In this document: positions 17,292 through 27,500 of the stretch, piece after piece
Position numbering within the stretch: the first letter of the stretch is position 1
Layout: the number at the start of each line of letters is the position of its first letter
IMG/VR virus record: IMGVR_UViG_3300032224_000682
Coordinates: 1 to 44,769 of that record
Source: a virus
Taxonomy: Duplodnaviria > Caudoviricetes
Length of the DNA stretch: 44,769 nucleotides
Strand: one strand, 5' to 3'
The notes under the pieces: generated by a model
The model's database searches: none
The model's input: the letters and a program-made list of their open reading frames with translations, nothing else
What the model was told of the DNA's origin: nothing
Made by a program: the position numbers and the translations under genes

Positions 17292-19585
17292 GCGATGTAT
17301 TAGCTACAATTTCTAAAGATGGAACTCCCCCTAGTTCAAGAATCAAGGATGCAAAATCAGCTTATGAGATTTGGGAGACACTACGACGAGCAGATGCCGT
17401 TTCTGCTTTTGACCGCAGTAAGATTGATGCTGCGTATGACAACGAAAGGCCATACGATGAAAGAGCATTGATTAATGCAGGGCAATCTTATCGAGTAAAT
17501 GTATCGTGGGGATTTGCAAAACAGGTACTTGATACCGCGATGGCAGGATACACTGATATTATCAATGCACCGCAAACATTCTTTTCATGCCCTACGCTTT
17601 ACGGAACTCAAACAGAGAATGACGAGCTATCTCAAGTTGTAGCTCAAGAGGTAACTGCCGCCATCCGGTCTTGGCGTAACTTCTTTCCAACATATTTAAA
17701 ACTTTGCAATAGCTTCATTAAACATGGAGTTGGAATCGTTATGTTCAATGATGAGTGGGACTGGCGCTGGAAGTCCACTGATATGTCAGACTTTAAAATT
17801 CCTCGCAAGACTGAGATTGGACAAGACAATATTGATGTTGCTGCCTGCTTGCGCTTCTATAGCCCAACACAGCTTTATCAATTGATTAAGGACGAGGAGA
17901 CGGCACAGATACATGGGTTCAACATTGAAGCTTGTCGTAGGGCAATCATCCAGTCTGTAAATAATAACAATAATTATTATAACTTCCGTCAATATGATTG
18001 GGAGAAGCTTGAAATGGAGTTGAGGAATAATGATTTGTTCTTTACAACTCAAGCAGCGAACCAGCAGTCAATTCGCGTAGTTCACTTGTGGGTAACTGAA
18101 TTTGATAATCGTGTATCTCATTACATGATTAATGATGACAACTCTGTTCAAGATTTCTTATTTAAGAAAGTCGGAAGATTTGAGAATAGCTACCAAGCAT
18201 ACACAGTCTTTACATATGGAGTCGGAACGAATGGATACTACCATGGTGTTCGTGGACAAGGATACGATGTCTTTGCAATTAATGGTGCTTTGAATCGAGC
18301 TTACTGCTCACTGCTAGAGATTGCATCGTTTGGTTCCGCTCCTACATTCCAGCCCAAAGATGAGACTGCCTTGCAAGAAATGCAGTTCATCCCCAATGGA
18401 ATCTATAATTTGCTTTCACCAGGAATTGACGTTATTAAGGATACTATAGTTCCTAATGTATCAAGTGGAACGCTTCCAATCGTCAATGCGTTTACTCAGC
18501 TTTTCCGTGAGAGGACATCATCTTACAATACAGAATCGTTAGTTAATACATCAATTGAGAAATCAGCCACACAAGTACGCGCTGAACTTAGCAATATTGC
18601 TAAAATGAGCGTGTCAAGTTTGAACCTTTTCTTTGATCCATGGGAATCGTTGATGCGTGAAATGGTTCGTAGAATGAAACGCAAAGACTATGATGCCCGT
18701 GAACCTGGTGGAAAACAAATCGTTGAGCTTCACAAACGACTTCTGCGTAGGGGGTCTGAATCATTTGGTGCAAAAGATAGATATCTACAGGCATTCCTAA
18801 GCCTTGACGTTGATAGGTTGCGTATCACTAAACCAGTTGGTGCTGGCTCTGAGGCTGCTCGCATGGTTTCATTTGATCGTCTTATGTCAACATTTGGTAG
18901 TCTTCCTGACTTTGGTAAGCAAAACCTTATTTGGGATATTGTATCTGAAACTGCGGGATATGAGAATGCAGCCCGTTATGCAGTTCAGCCTGGTGAGTCT
19001 GAGCGTCCAACTGTTGATGCTTCAATTGCACAGATTGAAAACAATCAACTTATTGCTGGCAGCAACATTCAAGTTTTGGATGGACAGAATAATCTGGTTC
19101 ACGCAAAGATTCATACTGAAGCACTAAACCCATTGGTTACTCAGGCTCAAGAACTGCTTGAGCTTGACCCAATGCAACTCGCACCAATGCTTGGTGGAAT
19201 CAATGCGCTTAATGCCCATGTCGCGCAACACGTCGAATTGCTTTCTCAAGACCCTAATATGCGTAGCGAGTCGGCTATGTTCCGTCAGGTTCTACAGAAT
19301 GCTGATGAGATTCTACATAACGGAACACTCAAGGTTCAGAAATTAATGGGGCAGCAGCAACAGCAAACAATGATGCAAGGCGAGGATCAACAGCAGCCAC
19401 AGATTGATCCAGCGGTATTGGCTAAGATTGATTCTGAACGCGCAATCCGGCAGGCAAAACTTGAGATGGATATGCAGACTCATCAGCAAAAAATGATTAT
19501 GCGCCAGCAAGACGCATCACAAAAATTAGCTCTGCGTGATGCAGAGGTAGCTAGTAAAATTCAAACACAAGGTATTAGAGCATGA
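17288..19585 (+). CDS. Portal protein
   Basis: 765 aa, KSATQVR motif, Gln-rich coiled C-terminal barrel, position upstream of scaffold and capsid. Confidence 0.75.
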   Translation: MSDVLATISKDGTPPSSRIKDAKSAYEIWETLRRADAVSAFDRSKIDAAYDNERPYDERALINAGQSYRVNVSWGFAKQVLDTAMAGYTDIINAPQTFFSCPTLYGTQTENDELSQVVAQEVTAAIRSWRNFFPTYLKLCNSFIKHGVGIVMFNDEWDWRWKSTDMSDFKIPRKTEIGQDNIDVAACLRFYSPTQLYQLIKDEETAQIHGFNIEACRRAIIQSVNNNNNYYNFRQYDWEKLEMELRNNDLFFTTQAANQQSIRVVHLWVTEFDNRVSHYMINDDNSVQDFLFKKVGRFENSYQAYTVFTYGVGTNGYYHGVRGQGYDVFAINGALNRAYCSLLEIASFGSAPTFQPKDETALQEMQFIPNGIYNLLSPGIDVIKDTIVPNVSSGTLPIVNAFTQLFRERTSSYNTESLVNTSIEKSATQVRAELSNIAKMSVSSLNLFFDPWESLMREMVRRMKRKDYDAREPGGKQIVELHKRLLRRGSESFGAKDRYLQAFLSLDVDRLRITKPVGAGSEAARMVSFDRLMSTFGSLPDFGKQNLIWDIVSETAGYENAARYAVQPGESERPTVDASIAQIENNQLIAGSNIQVLDGQNNLVHAKIHTEALNPLVTQAQELLELDPMQLAPMLGGINALNAHVAQHVELLSQDPNMRSESAMFRQVLQNADEILHNGTLKVQKLMGQQQQQTMMQGEDQQQPQIDPAVLAKIDSERAIRQAKLEMDMQTHQQKMIMRQQDASQKLALRDAEVASKIQTQGIRA

Positions 19586-19920
19586 CGCAAAGACAACTAT
19601 TCCAACTTAATTCAGATAAAGTATCCAAACTTGAAGCACTTTTAGAATCGCCATTACTGAAAGAGGCAATTGCACTCGTAAGACATGAATGCTTTCCCAA
19701 AGCACCAACTGATATTGAAGCTGCAAAGTCAATTGGCTCTGAAGACTTCTTAAATAAACTTGTTCTTCTTACAAAAGTTAATCAAAAGAGATTGAATGAT
19801 TTGGACAAAGAGTATATTGTCCAAGCGCGGAAGAAACTTTTGTCCACCGGATTATATACGGAGGATGAAATATTGGAGGCAGAACGCCTATCAATGCAGC
19901 CTAACAATCAACAGGAATAA
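19582..19920 (+). CDS. Hypothetical protein (post-portal)
   Basis: 112 aa, ATGA-coupled to portal. Confidence 0.6.
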   Translation: MTQRQLFQLNSDKVSKLEALLESPLLKEAIALVRHECFPKAPTDIEAAKSIGSEDFLNKLVLLTKVNQKRLNDLDKEYIVQARKKLLSTGLYTEDEILEAERLSMQPNNQQE

Positions 19921-19924
19921 TATT

Positions 19925-20056
19925 ATGATGAAAGAAAAAGAAATGTCAGCTAAACCAATGGCAACTAAAACAATGTCAACTATGGGTAAAAAAACGAGCG
20001 TCACAACCAAAAATAAATCTTGGGGTGATCGTCATCGCGCAGGTATCAAGAAATAA
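19925..20056 (+). CDS. Small basic hypothetical protein
   Basis: 43 aa Lys/Met-rich ORF exactly filling the gap. Confidence 0.5.
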   Translation: MMKEKEMSAKPMATKTMSTMGKKTSVTTKNKSWGDRHRAGIKK

Positions 20057-20061
20057 ATAAT

Positions 20062-21222
20062 ATGTCTGAACAAACACAAGAAGCACCACAATCAACAGAT
20101 TCAGCAATCTCCAATCTTCGGAGTGCGCTTACATCAATTGCAAGTAATGACCTGTCAATCCAACCTCCGAAAGAGAGCAAGCCTATTGAACCTTCTCAGC
20201 CTGTACCAGCAGCGCAAGAAAAGCAAGAAGCGCAACTTCAACCTGAAGGAGGAAGCGAGGAACCTAAAGTTGAAACTCCTGCAAAAGATGTTCAGTCCGA
20301 AGTAGAGCCTTCTGAAGATAAAGCAAAGATTCGATGGAAGGAACTCAAGCAAGCTGAGTTTGATCTAAAGAATGCACAGCGAGAACTTGCCGAACTAAAG
20401 GCAAGGGGAGATGAATATCAGCAGGCTTCTAAAGAAGTGTCTGATCTTAAAGAACAGCTTGAGGCTATTCAGCAAGAACGTGAAGAACTCGATGGAGAAC
20501 TCTATATGTCTAGGGTTCAATCAACACGCGAATGGAAACAATACATTACTGATCCATTGAATCAAATTATTCAAGATGCGGAATTCTTTTCGCAAAGGAA
20601 TAAAGGAGATACAGGGGAACTTATTGATGCGCTTCAAGCGGACACTAATGGTGATCCGGCTAAACTTGAGAACCTTATTGCTGACTGGTCTGAGCGTGAC
20701 AAAACAAAAGTATGGGCGTTGGCTGATAACCTGTTGCAAATTGAAAAACGGAAGGGTGATCTTGAGTCTAATTCTAAAGCTGCGTACGAGGCTTCAATGG
20801 AGCGTAATAGCAGGGAACAGCAAGAGCAGTATCAGCAATATATCGCGCAGCGTGAAAGTGCTGTAAGCGAAGTATTGCCTAAGATTAGCGAGAAGGTATT
20901 TAATCTATTGCCGGAAGATAAACGTCCAGACATTAACAAACTTCAGCAAGAAGTTATGGGTTACGATGAGTGGCCTGAGAACTTGAAGGTTTATGGAATC
21001 CTTGGAGCTACTGTTCTTCCAGACTTGGTTGATCAAATCTCCTCGTTGCAGAAAGAATTGAGCGAGGCTAAAGAGAACAATGTAAAACTCCGTGGCGGCG
21101 CTCCTGCTGCTGCTGGTGGTAATTCTCCAAGAACTCCAGTAGAAGCAGCAAAGTCAGTTGACTATACTAAAGTAGACACCGATGACTTTGTTAAGAGTCT
21201 TGTAAGTAGAATTTCTGGGTAG
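20062..21222 (+). CDS. Capsid scaffolding protein
   Basis: Acidic Pro/Glu-rich N-terminus, long coiled coils, immediately before the capsid gene. Confidence 0.7.
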   Translation: MSEQTQEAPQSTDSAISNLRSALTSIASNDLSIQPPKESKPIEPSQPVPAAQEKQEAQLQPEGGSEEPKVETPAKDVQSEVEPSEDKAKIRWKELKQAEFDLKNAQRELAELKARGDEYQQASKEVSDLKEQLEAIQQEREELDGELYMSRVQSTREWKQYITDPLNQIIQDAEFFSQRNKGDTGELIDALQADTNGDPAKLENLIADWSERDKTKVWALADNLLQIEKRKGDLESNSKAAYEASMERNSREQQEQYQQYIAQRESAVSEVLPKISEKVFNLLPEDKRPDINKLQQEVMGYDEWPENLKVYGILGATVLPDLVDQISSLQKELSEAKENNVKLRGGAPAAAGGNSPRTPVEAAKSVDYTKVDTDDFVKSLVSRISG

Positions 21223-21244
21223 CGTTGCATTGGTGTAGGTGGTG

Positions 21245-21281
21245 AATAGAGTGGGATTAAAAACCCCACTCTATTTTTTTT
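21245..21281 (+). terminator. Intrinsic terminator
   Basis: AATAGAGTGGG / CCCACTCTATT stem followed by a T run. Confidence 0.8.
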
Positions 21282-21335
21282 ATTATTGTTAAAAATAATG
21301 CTTGCATATTTTAATAACATAACATATTTATCGAA

Positions 21336-21493
21336 ATGCAAGTTGTAAGACTTGTTTAAAAATCTTACATGGATCGCTGATTCCTTAATATCAGTAAACA
21401 AACTGAGCTTATAAATCCGCAAAGTCTTTGATGTGGCTCACCAAAGAAAAATAAACCGAATTACATTTGGCAACTTAAACGCTTTTGTAATTC
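21336..21493 (+). ncRNA. Candidate structured 5' leader of the capsid mRNA
   Basis: Stems TGTAAGA/TCTTACA, GCTGAT/ATCAGT, TCTTTG/CAAAGA, GAATTACA/TGTAATTC in a ~245-nt non-coding gap. Confidence 0.4.
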
Positions 21494-21526
21494 ACAAACA
21501 AAACTTAAATTTAGAAATATAAAATT

Positions 21527-22714
21527 ATGTCACAATATAATCTCGCTGATGTAAACAATCAGCTTCAACAGGAAGCCGGACGTATCGGTGAAATGATCTC
21601 CGCTAAACTCATCGCAACTGACCCTTGGAATCGTCTTGTCAAACAAGACACCTTCCCTGCTGGAATGGGCGAATCTATCCAGACCCTCATTCAAGAGCGT
21701 ACAACCGTTCCTAACGCATCCTCGACTGCGTGGGAAGACGTTGGCACCAACGATGGAACTGGCAATACCTGTAACCCAACTCCTCAAGTTGTTGAGTTTG
21801 CTCGCACACTCAAGAGCTACAACCTCCAGCAGTCTGCTATCCGTTCTCCTGGTTTCTGCGTGAACGATCTTCGCACTGCGTGGAAGGCTGAAGAGCAGCT
21901 TGCTGGTGAAGTCAAGGTTCTTAAAGAGAACTCTCAGTGGTTCTGGAGCAACCGTTATCGTGATGAGTTTTCTCGTCTCGCTGGCAACAAGGTTGTGACT
22001 GACGTGAATGATACTTTGGCGATGTCCACAAGCACATCGAACCAAGCGTTCCCAGCAGCTGCTCCTGCTTACGCCCTTGACCAAGGTATCCTTGATCAGT
22101 TCTATCTCGACCTTTCCCGCGATGCGGCTGAGGGTAACTACGCGATTGTTGATGGTGAGCCTCAGTATGCTCTCATCTGCTCTCCTGAAACGAGCAACTA
22201 CCTCAAGAAACAGAACGCTGATATCCGTCAGGACTTGCGTTTCTCTTCGCAGGTTGATGAGCTTATCAAGCCATTTGGTGCTGCATTCAGCTACAGCGGA
22301 TTTGTCCACTTGGTTGATCGTCAGGCCCCTCGTTACACCTTCACTGGTGGCGCGTTTGTTCGTGTGCCGTTCTTCACTACTGCCCCAGCTGGTACTGGAT
22401 TGAAGGCTGTTGTGAACCCAGCATACCGCACCGCTCCATATGAAGTGTCGTTCATCTACAACCCACACGTCTATACCTCACGTGTTGCACAGGTCATCAC
22501 AAGCCCAGGCTCTGGTCTGAAGTTTGACCCTGTTAACTATCGTGGTGAATTCATGTGGATCAACAACAAGGACAATGCCAACAACATCCTCGGTGTTAAT
22601 GGCTACTTCTATGCCTTGTTCATGCAGGGTTCTCAGCCTAAGCGCACCGAATGGGGTTATGCTATCATGCACCTTCGTTGCAATCCTGCTACTCTGTATC
22701 AGTCCTGCTCGTAA
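21527..22714 (+). CDS. Major capsid protein
   Basis: 395 aa, strongly biased codons (highly expressed), follows scaffold, flanked by terminators. Confidence 0.8.
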   Translation: MSQYNLADVNNQLQQEAGRIGEMISAKLIATDPWNRLVKQDTFPAGMGESIQTLIQERTTVPNASSTAWEDVGTNDGTGNTCNPTPQVVEFARTLKSYNLQQSAIRSPGFCVNDLRTAWKAEEQLAGEVKVLKENSQWFWSNRYRDEFSRLAGNKVVTDVNDTLAMSTSTSNQAFPAAAPAYALDQGILDQFYLDLSRDAAEGNYAIVDGEPQYALICSPETSNYLKKQNADIRQDLRFSSQVDELIKPFGAAFSYSGFVHLVDRQAPRYTFTGGAFVRVPFFTTAPAGTGLKAVVNPAYRTAPYEVSFIYNPHVYTSRVAQVITSPGSGLKFDPVNYRGEFMWINNKDNANNILGVNGYFYALFMQGSQPKRTEWGYAIMHLRCNPATLYQSCS

Positions 22715-22727
22715 GAGTTGGTAATTT

Positions 22728-22763
22728 AATGCGGGGAGGATAAAAACTCCCCGCATTTTTTTT
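22728..22763 (+). terminator. Intrinsic terminator
   Basis: AATGCGGGGAG / CTCCCCGCATT stem plus T8. Confidence 0.9.
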
Positions 22764-22784
22764 AAAATCTAACAAAGGAATAAT

Positions 22785-23120
22785 ATGCACAATAATAAAA
22801 AAGGTGGTGTTGCAGTAATGATTGGAATGGGTGGTGAAGGTGGAATGCATGAAATGGATGAATGTTGCAATGAAGTAATGTTTAATGCTCCAGAAGGAAT
22901 GGATGTTTCCGAAATGGAAAATGGCGACGAGAAAGAAGTTCTTGCTATAGTAAAATATTATGGTGGTGGAAAATTTGAATTACTTTCTATTGATGGATAT
23001 GATATTGGAAATCCAGAAGAAGAAATGCCGGAAGGATACGAAGAAGGCGAAATGGAAAATGAGATGAATCAAATGGCATCATACCCACAAAAACTTCAGT
23101 CACGCGCCGGTTTGTCGTAA
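22785..23120 (+). CDS. Acidic hypothetical protein
   Basis: 111 aa, Glu/Met/Gly-rich. Confidence 0.6.
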   Translation: MHNNKKGGVAVMIGMGGEGGMHEMDECCNEVMFNAPEGMDVSEMENGDEKEVLAIVKYYGGGKFELLSIDGYDIGNPEEEMPEGYEEGEMENEMNQMASYPQKLQSRAGLS

Positions 23121-23121
23121 T

Positions 23122-23274
23122 ATGGCACAATCTCCAGAACATGGTGATTCAGAGTATAATCTGCTTATTAAAATAGCAGAAAATTTTGGAGTTATTGTTG
23201 AGCATGGAGATTCAAAAGAAGTTTTGCTTTACAAGATTGCTGAAAAAACTTATGAATTAGCAAATCAAACTTAA
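23122..23274 (+). CDS. 50-aa protein made of two HGD..LL.KIA repeats (absent from ORF track)
   Basis: MAQSPEHGDSEYNLLIKIAENFGVIVEHGDSKEVLLYKIAEKTYELANQT; same motif begins the downstream fibre. Confidence 0.75.
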   Translation: MAQSPEHGDSEYNLLIKIAENFGVIVEHGDSKEVLLYKIAEKTYELANQT

Positions 23275-23291
23275 TTAGAATTTAAAAATAT

Positions 23292-26200
23292 ATGGCTCAA
23301 CAACCACAACACGGAGACGGAAACTTAAATCTGCTTTTTAAAATTGCAGGTAACACCTATGATATGTCTCAAGGTGGCGGTGGTGGCGGTGGCGGCAATG
23401 GGGCAACTGGAGCTACAGGGGTTACTGGGGCTAGAGGAGCGACCGGAGCAACTGGGGTTGGAACACAAGGAACAACTGGTGCAACTGGTTTAACTGGAAG
23501 TCAAGGTTCTACTGGAGCTACTGGTGTTACTGGAAATCAAGGAAGTACGGGAGCAACGGGTTTGTCTGGTGGACAAGGCTCAACTGGATCGACAGGTCTT
23601 TCTGGTGTTCAAGGAAGTACAGGCGCAACTGGCGGTCAAGGCGCTACAGGCATCGCAGGTGGAAATGGTGCAACTGGCGCTACAGGTGTTGCTGGTGGGC
23701 AGGGAAGCACAGGAGCTACTGGCGTTACGGGGATTCAAGGAAGCACTGGCGCTACTGGAATTGGTTCTCAAGGCAGCACAGGTGCTACTGGGTTGACTGG
23801 TAATCAAGGATCAACCGGAGCCACAGGAATCCAAGGAGAAATTGGGGCTACTGGACTCGATGGAAGCACTGGAGCAACAGGAGTTACTGGCGATGTTGGA
23901 GCAACTGGACTTCAAGGCGCAACTGGTATTGATGGGGCTACAGGAGCAACTGGACTTGATGGAGCGACTGGAGCCACTGGTTTAACGCCATTGCTTTGCA
24001 CTCCATTCCTTGCAGGCGATTATTATTTCCAAGCGGTTGACGCAACATATAATGGCCTTTCCTATCCAAACATGGCATGGGGCGCTGGACAAACATTAAG
24101 TGTATATGCTTCTGATGAAGGTGGAATCGTGCAGCATATGCTGATCAATGCATATGATGCCGCTACAGGAAGTATTACTGCAACTATCACATATTCACAG
24201 AACCCTGGATACAAAACGCAAGCTGGAGTTACGCTTTGTCTTATAGGGCAAACTGGAGCGACAGGTGTTAGTGGGGCAACTGGCTTAACTGGAGCCACTG
24301 GTATTACTGGCGATGTTGGAGCCACAGGATTAGAGGGTGCTACAGGAATTTATGGTTCAACTGGGGCTACTGGATTGACCGGCGATGCTGGAGCCACTGG
24401 CGTAATCGGCGCAACAGGATTGGAAGGCGCAACTGGTTTTGATGGAGCTACGGGAATAAGTGGAGAACAAGGTTCAACTGGCGCTACTGGCATTGAAGGC
24501 TCCACGGGAGCAACTGGTATTCAAGGGCCAACACCTTGGACATTGCCAGCAACGGTATATAATAATGGAGTTGCTTATAACCTTGGCGCAGCAGTCACCT
24601 ATCTTGGTGGTTATTATTACAGGACCGGTAATCCACTTAATCCAGGATACGCTCCAGAACCAGGGGTAATTAATGCATCATGGACTCCTGTTGCAGATGG
24701 TGGAGCAACTGGATTAGAAGGTGCAACTGGACTTACAGGAGCCACAGGCTTGACTGGAGCAACTGGTCCAGCAACTGGAACTGCTGGAGGGGATTTGTCT
24801 GGAAGTTATCCAGACCCTACAGTTGCTAAATTGCAAGGAAGGTCTGTAAGCAACGCAGTACCATCGAGTGGCCAAACATTGCAGTGGAATGGAACAGACT
24901 GGGTTCCAGGAGCTATTCCTAATGGCGGTTCTGGTGGCGGTGGGTTGGTTTATTTTTTAAACTATCAAAATACTACTGGAATTTCACCAACTACTGGACT
25001 TCCAACTTCACCTGTTGCTGTATCGCAGCTTGGTAGAAATTACGACATTGGCTCTGGATCAATCACGTCAGACCCATTAACTGGATCATACTCGCTTGTG
25101 TGCGGATTTGTAACAATTGCCACAGAGCCAAATGTAACAACAATTCCTGCTGGGTTATGGGACTTTAATATTTGGGCAGATGTATCAAGCACATCTGGAA
25201 ATCAAACGCAATTTCAAATTCGTGTTTTTAAATACAATTCAACAACTGGTGTATACACATCGCTTGCTAATTCGGATGACATTTACATATACGATCCCGC
25301 AACAATCGCTCAATATATTGGCAACGTAACGATGCCTCAAACTACGATTCTTGCAACGGATCGTATTTACATTGAGTTGTGGGCGCAAAAAAATGTTAGT
25401 GGGGCAAGAACAGTTTCATTTTATTTTGATTCGCTACATCCATCGCACTTCCATACTACGCTCCCATCTGTATCTGGTAATGGGGTTGTAAAGGTAGTTA
25501 ATGGTGTATTTCAATCTCCAGCATCTACAATTGTTAATGCTGACGTTTCTGCATCTGCTGCTATTGAAGTAAGCAAACTTTCTCAAGCAACAAATAAAAT
25601 CCTTGGTAGAACAACTGCTGGAACTGGCACAGTTGAAGAATTAAGCATTGCTGGAAATCTTTCTCTTGCAAGTGGAACATTGACTGGAACAGGGATTGGC
25701 GGTTCAGCCGGATCAGTTGACAATGCCATCCTTCGCGCAGATGGAACTGGCGGGGCGACATTGCAAAATTCTGAACTTGTAATTGATGACTCCACTACAT
25801 CGACTCAAAACAATGTTGCGATTGTTAACAAGCATTTAAGTCAGACTAACTCATCGGTTGTAATTACTCCCAAGGGAACAGGGGCATTTATACTTGGAAA
25901 AAAACCAGATGGTACTGCAACCGGAGGAAATTCTCGTGGGCCTACAGCAGTTGATTTACAAATATTAAGAAATAGTGCTACACAAGTTGCATTAGGTGAT
26001 TTATCAGTTATTTCTGGTGGTGAAAATAACTCCGCATCAGGTTCTGCATCAGTTATTTCTGGCGGTGAAAATAACTCTGCATTAGGTGATTTATCAGTTG
26101 TTTCTGGAGGTAGTGGCAACAATTCATCAGGTTTTTTATCAGTTATTTCTGGAGGTAGTGGCAACAATTCATCAAATGATTTATCAGTTATTTCTGGCGG

Positions 26201-26786
26201 TGAAAATAACTCTGCATCAGGTCCTGCATCAGTTATTTCTGGCGGTGAAAATAACTCTGCATCAGGTAATTTATCAGTTATTTCTGGTGGTAGCACCAAC
26301 ACTGCATCAGGTAATTTATCAGTTATTTTTGGAGGCTCTCAAGCATTAGCAGACAGATATGGAATGCAATCTTATGCAGCGGGACGATTCTTCGTTACAG
26401 GCGATGCTCAATACACATCTTTTGTACTTCGTTGCAAGACGACAACAAGCACACCAGTTCAAATGGCACTTAATGGATCAACAATATATCTTGGTATTCC
26501 ATTTGGAAAAGTAATGGCAATGACGATTAACATTGCTGGAGTGAAATCAGATGGAAGTTCCGTTGCTCATTATGTCCGTCAATACGCAGTTAAAAATATA
26601 TCAGGAACATCAAGCCAAGTTTACGCGCCAGTAACTATTGGTTCTGATAATCCCGTTGGAACATCTATTGCATTGTCTGTAAATGATTCTGATGATACGC
26701 TAAGAATATTGGTTACAGGAATTGCATCTGAAACATGGAGATGGGTTGCGACAGTTGATGCAGTAGAAATTGGATACGGAACATAA
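23292..26786 (+). CDS. Collagen-like head/tail fibre protein
   Basis: Long G-X-T triplet blocks, [13 protein letters not shown] and [11 protein letters not shown] fibre motifs, 15-aa beta-roll-like repeats. Confidence 0.85.
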   Translation: MAQQPQHGDGNLNLLFKIAGNTYDMSQGGGGGGGGNGATGATGVTGARGATGATGVGTQGTTGATGLTGSQGSTGATGVTGNQGSTGATGLSGGQGSTGSTGLSGVQGSTGATGGQGATGIAGGNGATGATGVAGGQGSTGATGVTGIQGSTGATGIGSQGSTGATGLTGNQGSTGATGIQGEIGATGLDGSTGATGVTGDVGATGLQGATGIDGATGATGLDGATGATGLTPLLCTPFLAGDYYFQAVDATYNGLSYPNMAWGAGQTLSVYASDEGGIVQHMLINAYDAATGSITATITYSQNPGYKTQAGVTLCLIGQTGATGVSGATGLTGATGITGDVGATGLEGATGIYGSTGATGLTGDAGATGVIGATGLEGATGFDGATGISGEQGSTGATGIEGSTGATGIQGPTPWTLPATVYNNGVAYNLGAAVTYLGGYYYRTGNPLNPGYAPEPGVINASWTPVADGGATGLEGATGLTGATGLTGATGPATGTAGGDLSGSYPDPTVAKLQGRSVSNAVPSSGQTLQWNGTDWVPGAIPNGGSGGGGLVYFLNYQNTTGISPTTGLPTSPVAVSQLGRNYDIGSGSITSDPLTGSYSLVCGFVTIATEPNVTTIPAGLWDFNIWADVSSTSGNQTQFQIRVFKYNSTTGVYTSLANSDDIYIYDPATIAQYIGNVTMPQTTILATDRIYIELWAQKNVSGARTVSFYFDSLHPSHFHTTLPSVSGNGVVKVVNGVFQSPASTIVNADVSASAAIEVSKLSQATNKILGRTTAGTGTVEELSIAGNLSLASGTLTGTGIGGSAGSVDNAILRADGTGGATLQNSELVIDDSTTSTQNNVAIVNKHLSQTNSSVVITPKGTGAFILGKKPDGTATGGNSRGPTAVDLQILRNSATQVALGDLSVISGGENNSASGSASVISGGENNSALGDLSVVSGGSGNNSSGFLSVISGGSGNNSSNDLSVISGGENNSASGPASVISGGENNSASGNLSVISGGSTNTASGNLSVIFGGSQALADRYGMQSYAAGRFFVTGDAQYTSFVLRCKTTTSTPVQMALNGSTIYLGIPFGKVMAMTINIAGVKSDGSSVAHYVRQYAVKNISGTSSQVYAPVTIGSDNPVGTSIALSVNDSDDTLRILVTGIASETWRWVATVDAVEIGYGT
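23400..24770 (+). repeat. Three blocks of Gly-X-Thr collagen-like triplets
   Basis: GAT/GST/GxT repeats at about 23400-23980, 24255-24530 and 24700-24770. Confidence 0.9.
25986..26345 (+). repeat. Eight tandem 45-bp coding repeats (consensus [15 protein letters not shown])
   Basis: Near-identical units with core TCAGTTATTTCTGG. Confidence 0.9.
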
Positions 26787-26790
26787 TTTT

Positions 26791-27033
26791 ATGATTAAAA
26801 CATACGGACTAATCTTTCCAAACGGAAACAAAAAACTTGCATCAGTTGGTCTTGATGAAGAAGGGAATCCTCGCATTGATACAATCAGACCATATCCAGT
26901 TCCAGAAAATTGGATTGATCCAACTCTTGTTGAACTTATAAAAATTGAACAACCAGAAGGAGACAATTGGAAACCAGTTCTTGTATGGTTTGAAGATCGT
27001 GTTGAGCGTCAGTGGGAACAAATAACTAATTAA
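26791..27033 (+). CDS. Hypothetical protein, possible fibre assembly chaperone
   Basis: 80 aa from ATG 26791, directly after the fibre gene. Confidence 0.5.
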   Translation: MIKTYGLIFPNGNKKLASVGLDEEGNPRIDTIRPYPVPENWIDPTLVELIKIEQPEGDNWKPVLVWFEDRVERQWEQITN

Positions 27034-27038
27034 ACATT

Positions 27039-27500
27039 ATGGCATCACCAGACAGAAATTTTGCAAACTCAGCTATTTTTACACAGACAGCAACCGGCAC
27101 AACCCCTAATGCTGGAGACAACTCTTTGTACTTCAAATCAGATGATAAGGTTTATTCCAAAAACTCCAGTGGTGTAGAAACGCCTATATCTTCAAATGGT
27201 GCAACTGGAGCCACTGGGATTGCTGGTGGACAAGGTTCCACTGGCGCAACAGGAATTGGAGCAACTGGCTCTACTGGGGCAACTGGTATTGGAACTCAAG
27301 GAGCGACTGGTAGCACAGGAGCTACAGGCGTAACTGGAGCAACTGGAGCAACTGGAGTTACACCAGCAAATATTGTTTTGTCTGATATAACTGGGCTAAC
27401 GGGGGCAACTCAGTTGACCAATGTTGTGCAAATTACACTAGCGGGATATTTGTTAATTGGGACTCCAAATGTGAACACGCTTTATGTAATCGTAGGATGA
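27039..27500 (+). CDS. Short collagen-like fibre protein
   Basis: GAT/GST triplets; C-terminal [10 protein letters not shown]. Confidence 0.75.
   Translation: MASPDRNFANSAIFTQTATGTTPNAGDNSLYFKSDDKVYSKNSSGVETPISSNGATGATGIAGGQGSTGATGIGATGSTGATGIGTQGATGSTGATGVTGATGATGVTPANIVLSDITGLTGATQLTNVVQITLAGYLLIGTPNVNTLYVIVG

Noticed and set aside
21530-22468. 312-aa antisense ORF within the major capsid gene
   Set aside because: Codon-aligned shadow: the highly expressed capsid gene avoids TTA/CTA/TCA; there are no protein motifs or promoter, unlike the HNH case
25841-26349. Repetitive alternative-frame ORFs and a possible CRISPR-like array
   Set aside because: By-products of the 45-bp coding tandem repeat; no unique spacers and no cas genes
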